Translations under genes and position numbers: made by a program
Notes under the pieces: model-generated
Told to the model about the DNA's origin: nothing
Databases searched by the model: none
The model's input: the letters and a program-made list of their open reading frames with translations, nothing else
NCBI RefSeq assembly: GCF_011386835.1
Contig: NC_088796.1
Location: 7,378,001 to 7,442,000 of the forward strand
Source of the DNA: Chrysemys picta bellii
Taxonomy: Eukaryota
Reading direction: 5' to 3'
Length of the DNA: 64,000 bases
Part shown: piece by piece, positions 12,700-25,942 of the stretch
Layout: each line of letters starts with the position of its first letter
How positions within the stretch are numbered: the stretch's first letter is position 1

Positions 12700-13148
12700 A
12701 GGAATGTTACTGTGCAGAAAGTTGGTTCATTGTAGATTCACAGCCTGGCTTGCAGCACACTGATTCTCTATGTAGACATGCCATTATAATCCCTATAAGG
12801 GAGCTTGTGACTTAAATCAGAAAGGGTCTGTACCAGAAACAGCCTTATATGATGGGAATAGTTCAAGATCAGCAGACCAGTGGCTCTTGTTTTGGTTTTG
12901 CTGTTTGACAGTTAACTGACGCATTGAAGGCCTGTGTCTACTTAAATATTTCAAGGCTAAACTGGAGGTGGTCTCTGCATTTTGAATGAAGCATGGTGGC
13001 AGGTAAAAGGGGATGCTAGTTCACTGAATGGAGTCTGTAAAGTCATTATAATCAGGCCTTGTTGTAATTAAAACTGTCAACAAATTGACAAGGACTCTTC
13101 ACAAATACTGAAAGCACTAGGAAATTCTGGAATGTGGAAGCACCTATT

Positions 13149-13253
13149 GAGAGAGAAGGTGGGTGAGGTAATATCTTTTATTGGACCAACTTCTGCTGCT
13201 ATTACATCACCACTTTGTCTCTCTAATATCTTGGGACCAACACGACTACAACA
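13149..13253 (+). mobile_element. Penelope-like family 2 insertion with inverted 5' piece
   Basis: 13149-13198 is the reverse complement of the family-2 repeat; 13200-13253 is the direct 3' end. Degenerate TSD GTGGAAGCACCTAT (13134-13147) / GTGGAGCATCTAT (13254-13266). Confidence 0.75.
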
Positions 13254-14192
13254 GTGGAGCATCTATCTGCACAGGAGAGCCATTATCCTAAGCATTCTCT
13301 CCTTTTTGGAGTTTGTTTACCTTGGAACTCTTAGCGCATGGGGCTTTCTACTCACATGCCACCACCTCGGTTGGTGAATGGCACCCTCTAAAGGACCACT
13401 GCACTTTTCACTCCACATCACTAAAGCGTCTGACTGCTATTTACTGCACATGGCATTCTTTTTTGCTTTGTGTCCAAAATCTGTGCACTTAAATAGCTGC
13501 TGCAGCTCACCCTAGGTGAGAATGTGTCTAAATACTGGGGTGATTCCTGGGCATAATCCTTCATGTCTGTAAAGTTCTTCAGGATCCTTCAGGATGGTAA
13601 GATAACAACAATAATAATGATGCTATTACCTCAACCTTAAACTACAGCTATTAACTGAAGAATCCACAAGTCTCTGAGCCTAGCAATGCACTAATAGGTT
13701 AGGTCGACAATAGCTTGGACATTATTTCTGATTTACGTAGTGCTAGAGGTGCTCTGTGGCTATAAAACAAAGTTTGTGCCCCAAGGAGCACCTCCCTGCT
13801 CCCACCCAGACAAACAGCAATTAGGGAACAAAGACTGTGCACCCAACGTGTGTGTGGACAACACAGGGATAAAGGAGTGTGAAAAGCAACTTTTGACCCA
13901 CAAAGCAACTAACCCAGTTTGGACTAGAGTTGTTGTAATAAGAAGAAATAATGAGAATATTCCTAACCAGGTAACAAAATGTTTGTATAATGGGGAAGAA
14001 TTATTGACTCCATTGCACGAATCACTGGGTGGAATTCTCTGGCCTTTATTATGCAAGATTATACTAAATGATAATGGCCTTAAAATCTCTGTGACAGAGC
14101 CTGAGCTGGTGTAAATTAGGGTAGCTCCACTGAAGTTAATGGAGCTACAATGATTTACATCAGCTGAGGATCTAACCCTAGGAATGCACAAA

Positions 14193-14610
14193 TTTCATAG
14201 ATGCCAAGGCCAGAAGGGACCACTGTGATCATCTAGCGTGACCTACTGTATAGCAGAGGCCAGAGAACTTCTCGGGAATAATCCTGGTTTGAGCGGGAGA
14301 ATTTCCTTTTAGAAAAACATCCAATCTTAATTTCAACATTGTCAACGATGGAGGATCTACCACAATATTTAGTAAGTTGCTCCAACCTTACTGTTAAAAA
14401 TGTGCAATCTTATTTCCAGTCTGAGTTTGTCTTGCTTCCTCTTCCAGCCATTGGATCTTGTATCTTAGTCTGATAGATTGAAGAACCCAGCATCAAATAT
14501 TTCCCCATTAGGTACTTAGAGACTGTAATCATGTCACCCCCTTAACCTTCTTTTTGCTAAGATAAATAAATGGAACGCCTTAAATCTATCACTATAAAGC
14601 CTGTTTTCCA
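14193..14610 (-). mobile_element. CR1 LINE 3' fragment (older subfamily)
   Basis: TCATAGAT..AAGGCCAGAAGGGACCACTGTGATCATCTAG tail followed by RT C-terminal antisense motifs. Confidence 0.8.
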
Positions 14611-15924
14611 TTATTTGGGGATTTGAAGGGCAAGTTTAGGTTGGGTTAATTGGCCAGGGCACAGTGTGGGTTACGGAGAGTTCGTTGATTGCAGATTGTT
14701 GTGGGTCTGTCACTATAAGGCATGTGTTCCAATCCTTTGGGGCACTATCAGACCCTCCATAATGGGTTGATTTGGCAAGGATGTGGTGTAGTTGTGGAGA
14801 GTTGTTTGCAGTGTGTTCTGAACTGGATCACCCCTCTTCAGTATAATCCTTTTTTCTTCTCGCCTTACATCAAAAGTTCATGGAAAATCATTAGCAGTGG
14901 TTTCAGAAACTTCAAAAGGTATCACCCCTTTTACTCTGACGTGGAGGAAAATACACTGTGTACCTCTCAGCCTTTCATCCTCAAGCATTTGCCACTTAAA
15001 AACAATCTAGAAAGCAACTTAAATGTACAAGCCATCATATATTTATAAGCCAGGAAAAGAAATCAAGCAGTGTGGGAGGGATGGGGGCGGTGGGTAGGGA
15101 GAAATAACCCAAAGCTATTTCTATACAGACTTCTTAGCACATGGCACATTAACTTTCAGTCAAGAAAAATATTAGCGTGAGGTAAGGGATAACTCCTTGC
15201 CTTTGAGTAGGACAAATGCAATGTGATGTGATTAAAAGGATGATTGTAATATTGCATCTCCGGTAACATTAATAAGCTGGCATTATAAATGCTCCCAGGT
15301 AACCATTTTTGACATCAGCATTATTAAATGTTAATCAAGGAAGTGGAATCACCAGATAAACATTAAGCATTAGTGATCCCAGATTGTTAGTAAACATGGA
15401 GCCAAACATTCACACACCCTCACAGGTGGATAAAGAACTTTAGTCTGAAGTGCACTCATTTCTAAGGTCTTTATTGCTATGAGAGATACGTGTGGTTGAT
15501 TGATTGTTTCATTGCACTGGGGATCTTCTTTTGCCTTAGTTTTGTTTTGCGCAGGCTGGAGTCATGCTTTGAGTTCCAGCTTTGAATTCATCTGATAATT
15601 AGACTAAAAATAGCTGAACTAAGATGAAGAATATCACCAAAAAGGTCATTCTCACTGTACAGCTGGCCTGGCTAAGAATTAAGAGACCCCCCCCCCCCTA
15701 CACACACCTCTTTTCACTGTATTTACATTGGAGTTGACTGAAATTTGAGCTAACATGTTCCTTCAGTAAAAAATGAAGTTTTGGCAGCACCAAATGTTTT
15801 ACAAATTTGAGTCAATTTAGTTGAACTGTTCCATAATAATAATAATTAATAAAATTAGTAATAATAGAAACATTTGACATTTTCAAAATGAAGAGTTTAC
15901 AGTCTAAAGAGATAAAGGGTGGGC

Positions 15925-16700
15925 ATTGTTTTTACCAGCCTCTGGTCACACGCTTAGCAATGCTGTGAAACATAGTCTTGGCAGGCTAAGTCAGATTCTT
16001 ATTAAATAGAAGGGAAAAGGTGAGGGTTAGGAAAGAGAAGATATAAGATGGGGAAGGAAAAGGACACCAAGGGGTTGGGGGTGGGGACACACACAAAGTC
16101 TCACATCCCAGGTGGCATTTGGGATTCTGATGTAGACAGTGGAGGTGGAGAAGTCAGCTGGGTCCCTCTCTTGGCCCAGTCTGGTCAGGATATTTCTCAG
16201 TATCAGGACAACAAAGGCCCAACAATGTCACAGTAGATCCCAGGGTCCCAGGAAACAGTGGAGGTGGTAGCCATGATTGTGAAGCTTGCCCCTTCCTATT
16301 GTTTCAGTCAGCCATTGTTGCACTTACGCTTCCCCTTTGCATCTTCTGCTGGTCTATTTTCCCCAAAAATATCTTTTTGAGGTCCCCAAAAGGGGAGTAG
16401 CAGGTAGGAAACCCACTACCTCATTATTTTGTCTAAGAGTTGGGCCTAATATCTGACACACCAATCTTGGTCCATTGATTTTCGGTCCCGCACTTCTCTT
16501 GTTTACCAGGCATGATCTTAACACTGACTTTGAGTTATATGAGTAGACCTTTTTGTTTAGACTAATTCGGTCTGTCTACTTTTTGCAGCTTTTCCCATGA
16601 ACATTTAGGGTTGTAGGTTCCTGTGACACCTTATGAACTTTCACTCCCTTTTCACAGTTGAGATCACAATTAGGATACATTTGTAGCCCCAGTTAGCACA
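15925..16700. repeat. Possible LTR remnant
   Basis: LTR-like composition with reverse AATAAA (TTATTAAAT near 15990); termini unresolved. Confidence 0.3.
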
Positions 16701-18117
16701 CTATGCTCTCTCTCCCTCCCTTGATCTTGTGGCTGACCAAGGCCAAACTAGTCGCCCAGTCCAAGGTAGAGCACCTAACAAGGTTGCTTTAATATATTCT
16801 GGTTGGAACAATTCTGCCAGCCCAGGTCACCAGAAGGGCATCATACTCCTTCTCTACTTCCTCTGCATCCCAACACATCTTCCCTTCTCTCCGCATCTCC
16901 GACATGTCCCCTACACTGGACGAGCAGGAGCAGCTGACAATAGATTTGTCAAGCGAGTATTACTCCCTACTGGGGGAACACTTAGCTGGCTATACAAAGC
17001 AGTTTTAGGTGCCCATGGCACCAATGGAGATGCAGAAAGGTCTGAAGATCTGTCTCATATTTAGCAGAGAGAAGACGTCCATATATCCATCCTTTGGTTC
17101 TGGTTTCTGGGATGGAGGGATGAGGACAGGTATTTTCGCAGAGGGTGGAATCACAATTTCTCTTTCTGGTTGCAGAATTTTCTTAGTGGAGGAAGAACCA
17201 AGCCCCTAACGCTGTAATGTGTTGAACACTGTGTTTTTGATGCATGAAAATAAACACAGAACTAAAGCTAAATATTTCTGCTTTCCAATTTAACCGGCTT
17301 TGTATTATAGAGCTGTGTGGCTTATGATGTTGTAGTGGAAGGAACATTAAATTGCCATCCAGTGTTCCTAGACAAAAGCTTTAGACAACAAAATCAATGT
17401 GAAATGTATGTATTTACTTTGCACTAAGAATATGTAACCATGATAGGCAAGTGACATGTGATCTTTCCTTTGAGGACATGTGACTTTTGCACTCAGTGCA
17501 TCTAGTGGATGTTCCAAGGCCTAAGCATTGCATTTCCCCTTACTCTTTCTAATATGGTCTATTCCTGAAAGCTGGGCAGGGTTCTCACTCCAACTTCACG
17601 TTTACACCTGTCTCTTATTTCAAGGAACTGATTCACGTTTTGTACCTGACTCCTTCGGGGCTGCCCTCCAGGTGAGGACCATATCCAAGCTTAGGAACGA
17701 GGGAAAAGTTATCTTTATGCAGTCAATGCCATGAACACAGGAAACTGATGACTTGGCATTCACGTACTGAGTCATCAATCATAAAAGAATCAATCCTTGC
17801 TCCCTGAGGAGCTGGCCCCAGGCAAACATAATTCTCTCTCACTGCCACCGAACTGAAAAGCTCTTGTCCCATTTGAAGGGACTGTATTTGTTCTTATTTC
17901 AACATTGATTCACTTGGCATTCAGGAGTATTTTCCAGAATCCCAGAAAATATCACCTAATTTATCCTCTCTACGGGGGAAGGTGATGTCTGTATATAATA
18001 GTGTAACATACATTGGGAAAGCAAGTGTATAGGGCACTACAAGTTGAATGGGAAACAGCATTAAGCTAGTTTACATAGGGCCTTAGGTAACCCAGAATCT
18101 TTGCAAAGAGAAAGAAA

Positions 18118-18810
18118 GTCTTGTGGTTAAGACTCTGGCCCGGCATTTGGATTTTCAGGGCTCACTCTTTGCTCTACCAATGCGTTTCCTGTGGGACTTT
18201 GGGCAAGGCATTTAATTGTTGTTTACTCTTGTGGTTGCATCTTGAAGCTCCAGTCATGGGACAGGACTCCGTTGCGCTGGGCACTGTGCAAACAGAGAAA
18301 AAAGATGATTCCTGTCCCAAACAGTTTATAGTCTAAGGCTATGTCCACGCTACCTCAGTAAGTCGACCTACGCTATGCAACTCCAGCTACGTTATTCACG
18401 TAGCTGGAGTCGACGTACCTTAGGTCGAGTTACTACGGGGTCTACACCGCCAGGGGTCGACAGGAGAAAATCTCCCATCAACTTACCTTACTCTTCTCAT
18501 CAGGGGTAGAATACAGAGGTCGACTGGAGAGCAATCTGCAGTCAATTTGGTGAGTCTTTACTAGACCCGCTAAATCGACCGCTGGTGGATTGATTTCGGA
18601 GCGTCGATCCCTGCGGTAGTGTAGACCTGCCCTCAGTAATCTCTCTTAATGTCTGTGACTCAGTTTCCCATCTGAAAACTGAGGATAATAATATTTCCTC
18701 TCTCCCACCCTTTATCTCTTTAAACTGTAAACTCTTCAGTCCAAGGGCTGTGCTACTATATGTATATATAGTGTGGCATATTGAGGACTGAGTCTAAATT
18801 GTAAGCTATT
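18118..18810. repeat. CORE-SINE (MIR-like) remnants interrupted by a Harbinger MITE
   Basis: TTGTGGTTAAGAC head, GGGACTTTGGGCAAG and CTCAGTTTCCCATCTG core motifs, plus an opposite-strand tail piece. Confidence 0.5.
18337..18632. mobile_element. PIF/Harbinger-type MITE
   Basis: TIR GGCTATGTCCACGCTAC / GTAGTGTAGACCTGCCC; 3-bp flanks TAA/TCA; internal palindrome CTCCAGCTACGT..ACGTAGCTGGAG; CpG-rich. Confidence 0.8.
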
Positions 18811-19714
18811 ACTTTAAGAGTGAGAGGTTTTCCTTGTCTTGTTTTCAGGCCATAGGGTGCTGTAGGTAAATAGGCAATCAGAGTCAATGTACAAAGCGTC
18901 CTCATACAGCAAGATGAGGTGAGTTTTGTCTTGCTGCCTTAGGGAGCAGCCTGCTTTGTCTCTCTCTGGTTTTGGTTACTGTATGTTATGTGTATGGATT
19001 CTAAGATTAAAAGTTTTTCCTTGCAACCTTCCAGCAAGAATTTGATGTTTTTATATAACTTTGATGTGTGTATGGTGTGAGCAGAACATACAGGGCCTAG
19101 CTCAATGAAACCTTCAGGTACTCTTGCAATAATGGAAATCCTGAAACTGGTACTGGAGGTTAGGTAAACAGTGCAGGCAAATTCACAGCAGGCCCTAAGG
19201 CTCTGCATACAGTGCAATTGCTCCTGATGCTCCATTGATGGGGGAAAAAGGACAGGGAGTGGCAGGAAACCCATGTGTTTTGTTTTAATTGAATAGGAAG
19301 AAGATGGAAGAGGTGAAATGAGCCACAGAATCCTACTAGTACAGGGAAGGCAATTAAGGAAACTGATACCCCTGCCTAATCAATTCTTTCACTTCCCCTA
19401 AAGGCATGTAAGACTGGTACTGCAATGATAGTCCACATAAGCAATTGATAACATACCACTATGCTCCCTGGAATGTAACAAAGAAGGAAAGGGGCCCAGG
19501 ACATGACAATTTGAGTAGTACCTAGAGGCCCCAACTAAGGTCAGGACCCTATTGTACTAGGTGCTGTGTAGACACATATTAGGAGAGTCCCTGCTCTACA
19601 CAGTTTAAATCAGACTGGGCAAGACAGACCAAGGAAGTGTTTTTAGCAGACAGTGAACTGAGGGACAGAGAGATTATGTGAAAGAAGTTCAGCAGCTTTT
19701 CTTTTTCCCCTTCT

Positions 19715-20080
19715 CCCAGCACCAGAAGAAAAGGGACAGTGGATGAAATAGGACGGTGGCAAATTCAAACCTGGTAAAAAGGTACTTCTTTTCACAAAAT
19801 GTGTAACTAGACTGTGGAACTCATTGTCACAGGATGTTAGGGAGACCGAGAACGCGGTAAGACTCAGAGGGATTAGACACTTATATTGATATCAAGAATG
19901 TCCAGAGTTAGAATAATTAATGCTAACATTTATTTGCAAGAGACATTAAACCTTATGTTTCAGGGCTTAAATCAATCTTTAAGAAATAGAGATATAGAGG
20001 TTTCTTGCCTTTTCCTCTGAAGCATCTGGTTCTTACCACTGCTGGAGGCAGTTTACCAGAGAAATGGACCCAGTCTGAGA
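19715..20080 (+). mobile_element. CR1/L2-like LINE 3' fragment
   Basis: TTCTTTTCACAAAATGTGTAACTAGACTGTGGAACTCATTG (RT C-terminal region) followed by a 3'UTR-like segment. Confidence 0.6.
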
Positions 20081-20094
20081 CTGGTCTTGGTTAC

Positions 20095-20118
20095 TGTGTG
20101 TGTGTGTGTGTGTGTGTG
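20095..20118. repeat. (TG)12 microsatellite
   Basis: Direct read. Confidence 0.95.
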
Positions 20119-21481
20119 GATTCTAAGATTAAAAGTAGTGTTACCTTGCAACCGTCCAGCAAGAAGACTGGTCTGATCCAGTCTACCAAATCTCATGTTG
20201 TTCCCATGTTCCATAAAGTGGTTTGAGTTCTGTATTAAACTCAGTAGATTTGGATTCTGTCCTCTTTCCTGGTTGAGATGAACAATGGGCAAATAGAGCA
20301 GTTTAAAAATAACCGAACGCACTTTCTCACATATTGAAAAGAACCCATGTTGTGGTTGCTGCTGTTTTTCAAGTATGAAGGGTACTGAAATATCACTAGC
20401 AGTTCTTGATTCATACGGTCATGTTCAGGCTGGGTGAAATCCACCCAGGTGAAGATGGGCCAGCAGAAGACCTGAACAGTTCAGAGGTCTTCCAAATAGG
20501 ACCTTGTGTGGCCGGTTTGCACAGAACTGAATTTCACCTTCCATGAATAAACTGGTGCAACTCCCATTGAAGTCAATCTGAATTACACTGTGCTGAATTT
20601 CAAGGCCTCTGTGGACCCAGGGATTAGTATTTGAGGCCCATTTAGAACCAGTTTCATGCCCATTGTGTTTCAAACCCATCCTGAATAAGTAATTAGTTAC
20701 AGGGAACTAAATGACAAATCATGGCCCAGCAAAAACCGTTCCAGACCCAAGGCATTCATGATACATTCTTATAAAGTTTGGTCGAGTCTCCAAACTGAAC
20801 CTCTGAGCCCTCTGAGTTTTGCTCATCCCAGGCTTTAATGCCTGGAAAAATGATCAATGAGGCATAAAGCAAACCTCATTGCTTCATCAGATGGTGAGTG
20901 CAATTTATGATCTACTGACAAACCCAGCAGAGAATGCTGAAATACTGTGGTCACGCCTAATAAATACCAGATACAGTATGGAGATAAGGGTAAAGGCTGC
21001 TCTCAATTGCATGCGCACTGCTTCGCTAAAGCCAGTGGGACTAGCTTTGGACCCAATTCAGCAAAGCACTGCTGCATGGTCCAACTCTACTCCGCAAAGC
21101 ACTTGAGCAAATGCTTAAATCCTGTTTGAAGTTGATAGGAATACTTCAAGTTAAATATGTGCTTTGCTGAGTAGTACTTGAGAGCAGAACTTGGGCCAGG
21201 TTGTTTCTGAGATTGTAGTGACTAGCTGGTGATCAGGAGGTTCTGATGGATAGACATTAACAGCCAAGTGTGCAGAAAGGGGTTTAATTAGCCAGAGAGT
21301 TATCTGGGATTCAAAGGCCCCTGAAAGAATCTCCCATTCTTTGTGATGTTACAAAGTCAAGAGTGCTCAGAATCATCATTTCAGACATGGCCATGAGCCT
21401 GCATGCAGGATGATGCTAGGACTATCTTTCTCTCAGAGTTTCTATTTGTCCTTCTCACCTAGTTTATGAAAGCTTCTTTTC

Positions 21482-21637
21482 NNNNNNNNNNNNNNNNNNN
21501 NNNNNNNNNNNNNNNNNNNNNNNNNNNNNNNNNNNNNNNNNNNNNNNNNNNNNNNNNNNNNNNNNNNNNNNNNNNNNNNNNNNNNNNNNNNNNNNNNNNN
21601 NNNNNNNNNNNNNNNNNNNNNNNNNNNNNNNNNNNNN
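21482..21637. other. Assembly gap (156 N)
   Basis: Run of N. Confidence 1.
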
Positions 21638-22160
21638 CATTGCTTCTTAGCACACCTTGGAAGTTAACTTAATTAAATTAATTAGAACAATATAAAAATG
21701 AACTGTTTATTGGTCCACAATGGCCCGAAGCGAGATCTTTTCCACCAATGCTAGGAAATATCCCAGACTGCAACCTTTCCTCCTCCCCCCCCCCCCCCCC
21801 CCAAACTTCCAGTTCTTTGTTTCAGGCTTCTTGTGAGCTGCCAAGAAAGAGAGGAGATGACATTCCCTCTGTAGAACTCATGCACATGAATTCTACACAC
21901 ATTATTTTCAAGTTCTGTACATGCCACCAAGACCTAGAAAATAAAACTAAACTGTGCGCTGAAATTTAGACATCGTGACAGTTGCTGTCTACATACAGAA
22001 GATGTGGCATATACTATTCAGACAATGTGTCTGCAGCAAGGGACCGATCCAGAGTTCACTGAGACCAGTGAAAAGATTCCCATTGATTTCAATGAGCTTT
22101 TCATCAGGCCGCAAATGGATAACAAACATTACATCTTAAAAGCTCCAGTCTGCAGTTAGC

Positions 22161-22335
22161 AGGTAACCTAGTGAGGTTATGGAATCCCCCTCATTAGAGA
22201 TTTTTTTTAAAGAACAGATTAGACAAATATCTGTCAGAGATGATCTAGGTTTACAGTATTTGGTGCTGTTTCAGTATAGGGTGGATGGGACTAAATTATC
22301 TTTCAAGGTCCCTTCCAGTCCTACATTACGATGAA
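22161..22335 (+). mobile_element. CR1 LINE 3' fragment
   Basis: GGTTATGGAATCCCCCTCATTAGAG..GGTCCCTTCCAGTCCTAC, a typical CR1 3' end. Confidence 0.75.
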
Positions 22336-22788
22336 TAAACGGTTATGTGCTACACTTTCTTCTGGAGGACCATTGTAACTAGAGAATCATAGTGCTTGTT
22401 AGAGAGGAAGGGCTGAGTGCTCCAAGCATAACGGTTGGAATATAACAGGGTCTTCTCAGCCATGCACATTCCAGCAACAGAAAAAAAAAAAAGATTCCCA
22501 TGCACTTTCCTGTGTGCTGGTTAATTGGAGGAGACCTTCAAACCGGAATCATGTCTATACTGAATGATTGTTATGGTTCCTGAGCCAAATTCTTCCATGG
22601 TGGCATGGCACAGTCTTTTAGGGATGAATTTGGTCTCCTAGATCACTTTTAATCAAAGTGTGTATGGAAGGCTTCCCATAGTATTTTTGGCCAGTCCTTT
22701 TCCCCACTGGTGTATAGCATGCTGTGGGCCACTGGTGCCTTGTGCTCCAGAGGTAGATTAAGTGAATCCTGTGTCTATATAAAGCTAG

Positions 22789-22953
22789 AGAGGGTCCTGT
22801 GGCACCTTTGAGACTAACAGAAGTACTGGGAGCATAAGCTTTCGTGGGTAAGAACCTCACTTCTTCAGATGCAGTACTTCTGTTAGTCTCAAAGGTGCCA
22901 CAGGACCCTCTGTTGCTTTTTACAGATTCAGACTAACACGGCTACCCCTCTAA
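22789..22953 (+). mobile_element. Penelope-like family 1 insertion with inverted 5' segment
   Basis: Perfect 40-bp inverted repeat 22789-22828 / 22872-22911; 13-bp TSD TATATAAAGCTAG (22776-22788, 22954-22966). Confidence 0.88.
22832..22872 (-). ncRNA. Minimal type-I hammerhead ribozyme motif, intact core
   Basis: Reverse complement: GCAT-CTGAAGA-A-GTGAG-gttctta-CCCAC-GAAA-GC-TT-ATGC. Confidence 0.8.
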
Positions 22954-23526
22954 TATATAAAGCTAGGTTATTCCTGAAAAAGGGCTGATGAGGCTCACTG
23001 CCCCGTGGATTGCCTCACGGTCCCCTCTTAGACCCACAATTCCTCCCAGTGCTCCTCTAAGGAGGGAAGTACTTTGTGCCACACATTTTATGAGGTGCAG
23101 CACACAAGTGGAGAAAGAGGAAAGACCTATTAATCCAGGACCACTCCCTGCTCACTTGTCCAGGAAGAAGCTGCAATGCTCCAGGAGCTGCAATTACCAT
23201 GAAACCATAATGCAGCTATGCAAGGGCTGCACGAACCTTGTCTCCACCATTGGAGATAGGAATCATGTAACCCAGGGATTCTAAAGAGCTGTATGTATGC
23301 ATGCGGCTGGTTAAGACACTTTATAAATGTTATTGTCCTACAATAATACTTCACACTTACCTTCATAGATTTGAAGGGCAGGCAGGGCCATCAGATCATG
23401 GAGTCTGATCTCCAAAGAGACAAGAACCTTTCCCTACAATGGTTAAGAGGAAATTTGAACCACTAGCCGCTCACACACAAGGCATGACCCTTTCCAAATG
23501 CTATATAACACCTACCAGCTGGTCAT

Positions 23527-23657
23527 CCCTAAGAGCTTTACAAAGGCAAGTCAGTGACATCATCTCCTTTTTACAGTCAAGGATACTCAGACACAGAGGT
23601 GAAGTCACTTGGCTAAAGACCCAGAGGGAGGCGGTGGCTGACTCAGGGATAAAAACC
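23527..23657 (-). repeat. CORE-SINE (MIR-like) fragment
   Basis: CAGACACAGAGGTGAAGTCACTTGGCTAAAGACCCAG, antisense MIR core. Confidence 0.6.
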
Positions 23658-24691
23658 AGTGCCAATATTTTCAAAAGCAACTGGGCTCTGATTCTCAAAG
23701 ATATTTGGGTACCTAAATACTCCAAAGGGGGAGTTGCACACCCACCTTATGAAAACCAGGCCCCCTTTAAGATGTTTAAAGCTGGACAGCCAAGAAACCA
23801 GGCAGCCAAGAAACGAGGCACCCAAAACCACTAGTCACATTTCTCCCCCCAATATTGGCCTCCAGATTCCAAGTCTTCTAATTTAGCACTTGACTACATG
23901 GCCTCCTTTTTACTTATGAGGTAGGACATCTATAGGCTCCATCGTCTGGCCTCAGTGCAATAGTTAAGACATCACACATGGGGGGGGAAGTCACTCCTTG
24001 AACACACAACACCACTATGTTCTGCTTTTGTGTGATTTATTGTCAATCCTTTTACTTCCTCTTCCTAGTTTCCTTGCATACCCCGGCTCTTTATACACCA
24101 TTTATTTATTTTCTTCTGCCTATGTTTTGTTACCATCATTTTTCTTGTGAGTGTATGTAATTTTCTTGGAATTCTTTCATCACAGTCCATTATCCCAGCC
24201 GTGTTGTTGCTATGTAACGAAGCTGTGCTGCTGTTCCTACATCTTTCTTTGCTTTATCTCTGTGCTCTTTCAATTCTTAATTCTCTGTATCTCTCAAATG
24301 CTTTCCCCCCCCCCCCCAAAAAACCCAAAAGGCGCACTCACACACGCACGCATGAAACCATGGGGAAAATATCTTTCATTTTCTCCCATACTGTTTTTCC
24401 TTTTTTGGAGTGAAGAAATAAGATGCGACAAGGCATGTGTTGCTGTGAGATAACACATGCCTTGGGGGATTTGTGAAGAAAAAGGCAAGGAGGAGCGCCT
24501 TCAATGACCCAAGATGAGAGTTATCTTGTGGTAACACACACCTAGATGTGTCTCATTATGGCTGCAAAGAGGGAGGGAAAAAGGGACCTAGAACTAAGAA
24601 AGTTAGCCTGTGATATGTCCTTCTGCCAGTAAAAACAGGGTAGGATTCCATCCAATAATCCTATGGGAAATCCATTATAACCTGGAATACA

Positions 24692-25855
24692 CATTATAAA
24701 ACCAGAAGGGACCATTCATTACATCATCCGGTCTGACCTCTTATATGACAGGCCATTACATTTCTCCCAGTTTCCCCTGTACTGAGTCCAATAACTTGTG
24801 TTTGTATTAAGCATATTTTCCTGAAACGTATCCAACCTTGATTTGAAGACATCAAGAGATAGAGAATCCACCGCTTCCCTTCATAGTTTGCGCCAATGGT
24901 TAATCACCCTCACTATTTAAAATAAAATAAAACAAAATGTGTCTTATTTCTAATTTGAAGTTATCTGCCTTCATTTTCCAGCTATTGTTTCTTGTTATGT
25001 CATTCTCTGCTAGATTAAAGAGCCCTTTAATACAGGGTATTTTCTCCCCATGAAGGTACTTATACACTGTAATCAAGTCATCCCTCATTTTCTTTTTGAT
25101 GATCAAAATCAATTGAGCTCTAAGTCTCTCACCGTAAGGCATTTTCTCCTGCTCTCAAATCATTTCTGTAGCTCTTCTCTGCACCCTCTCCAAGTTTTCA
25201 ACATCCTTTTAAAAATGTGGACACTAGAAGTGTAGGCAGTATTCATTGTAGTATCAGTTTCGTCAATGCTGAATGCCGAGAGAAAATCACCTCACTACTC
25301 TCATGTTTATACATACAAGGATCACATTATTCCTTTTTACCACTGGATCACATGGAGATCTCCTATTGAGTTGATTGTCCATGATGACCCCTAAATCCTT
25401 TTCAGAGTCACTGCTTTCCAGGATACAGTTCTCATTCTGTAGCTGTAGGTTCCTGATCCTACTCTTTGTTCATAGACCTTTTATTGGGCTGTATTGAAAC
25501 ACATCTCATTTGAAAGTGACTAGCTTTCCAAGCAATCCAGACCTCTTTCTGTGACTGCCTGTTCTCATCATTAATCATTCTGACAATTTTTGTGTCATCC
25601 ACAAATTTTACCAGCAGTGATTTGATATTTGTTTCCAGCTCTTTGATTAAAATGTTCAATACCATCAGGCCTACTACCAGTCCTTTTAGATCCCCTCTGG
25701 AAGCAAACCCCCATTTGATGATGGTTCACCATTCAGAACTGCTTTTCGAGCTCACAGTTGGCCAGTTCTTAATCATATGCTGTACTGATATTATACAGTG
25801 CCAAGTTTTATCACACTATCCTGTGGTACAAAGTCAAACACCTCTAAAGACATTC
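24692..25855 (-). mobile_element. CR1 LINE fragment (RT + 3'UTR)
   Basis: ORF fragments LLVKFVDDTKI (FADDTK motif) and MRDDLITVYKYLHGE. Confidence 0.88.
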
Positions 25856-25942
25856 CTCTAAAGATGAAGATACTTGCTTTGGTGGGAACAAAGGGATCTT
25901 ATGTTTTATTACTATCCAAGCTGTGGCCAAGCTTTCTCAACC

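Noticed and set aside
21459-21672. ORFs spanning X residues
   Set aside because: Artefact of the 156-N gap.
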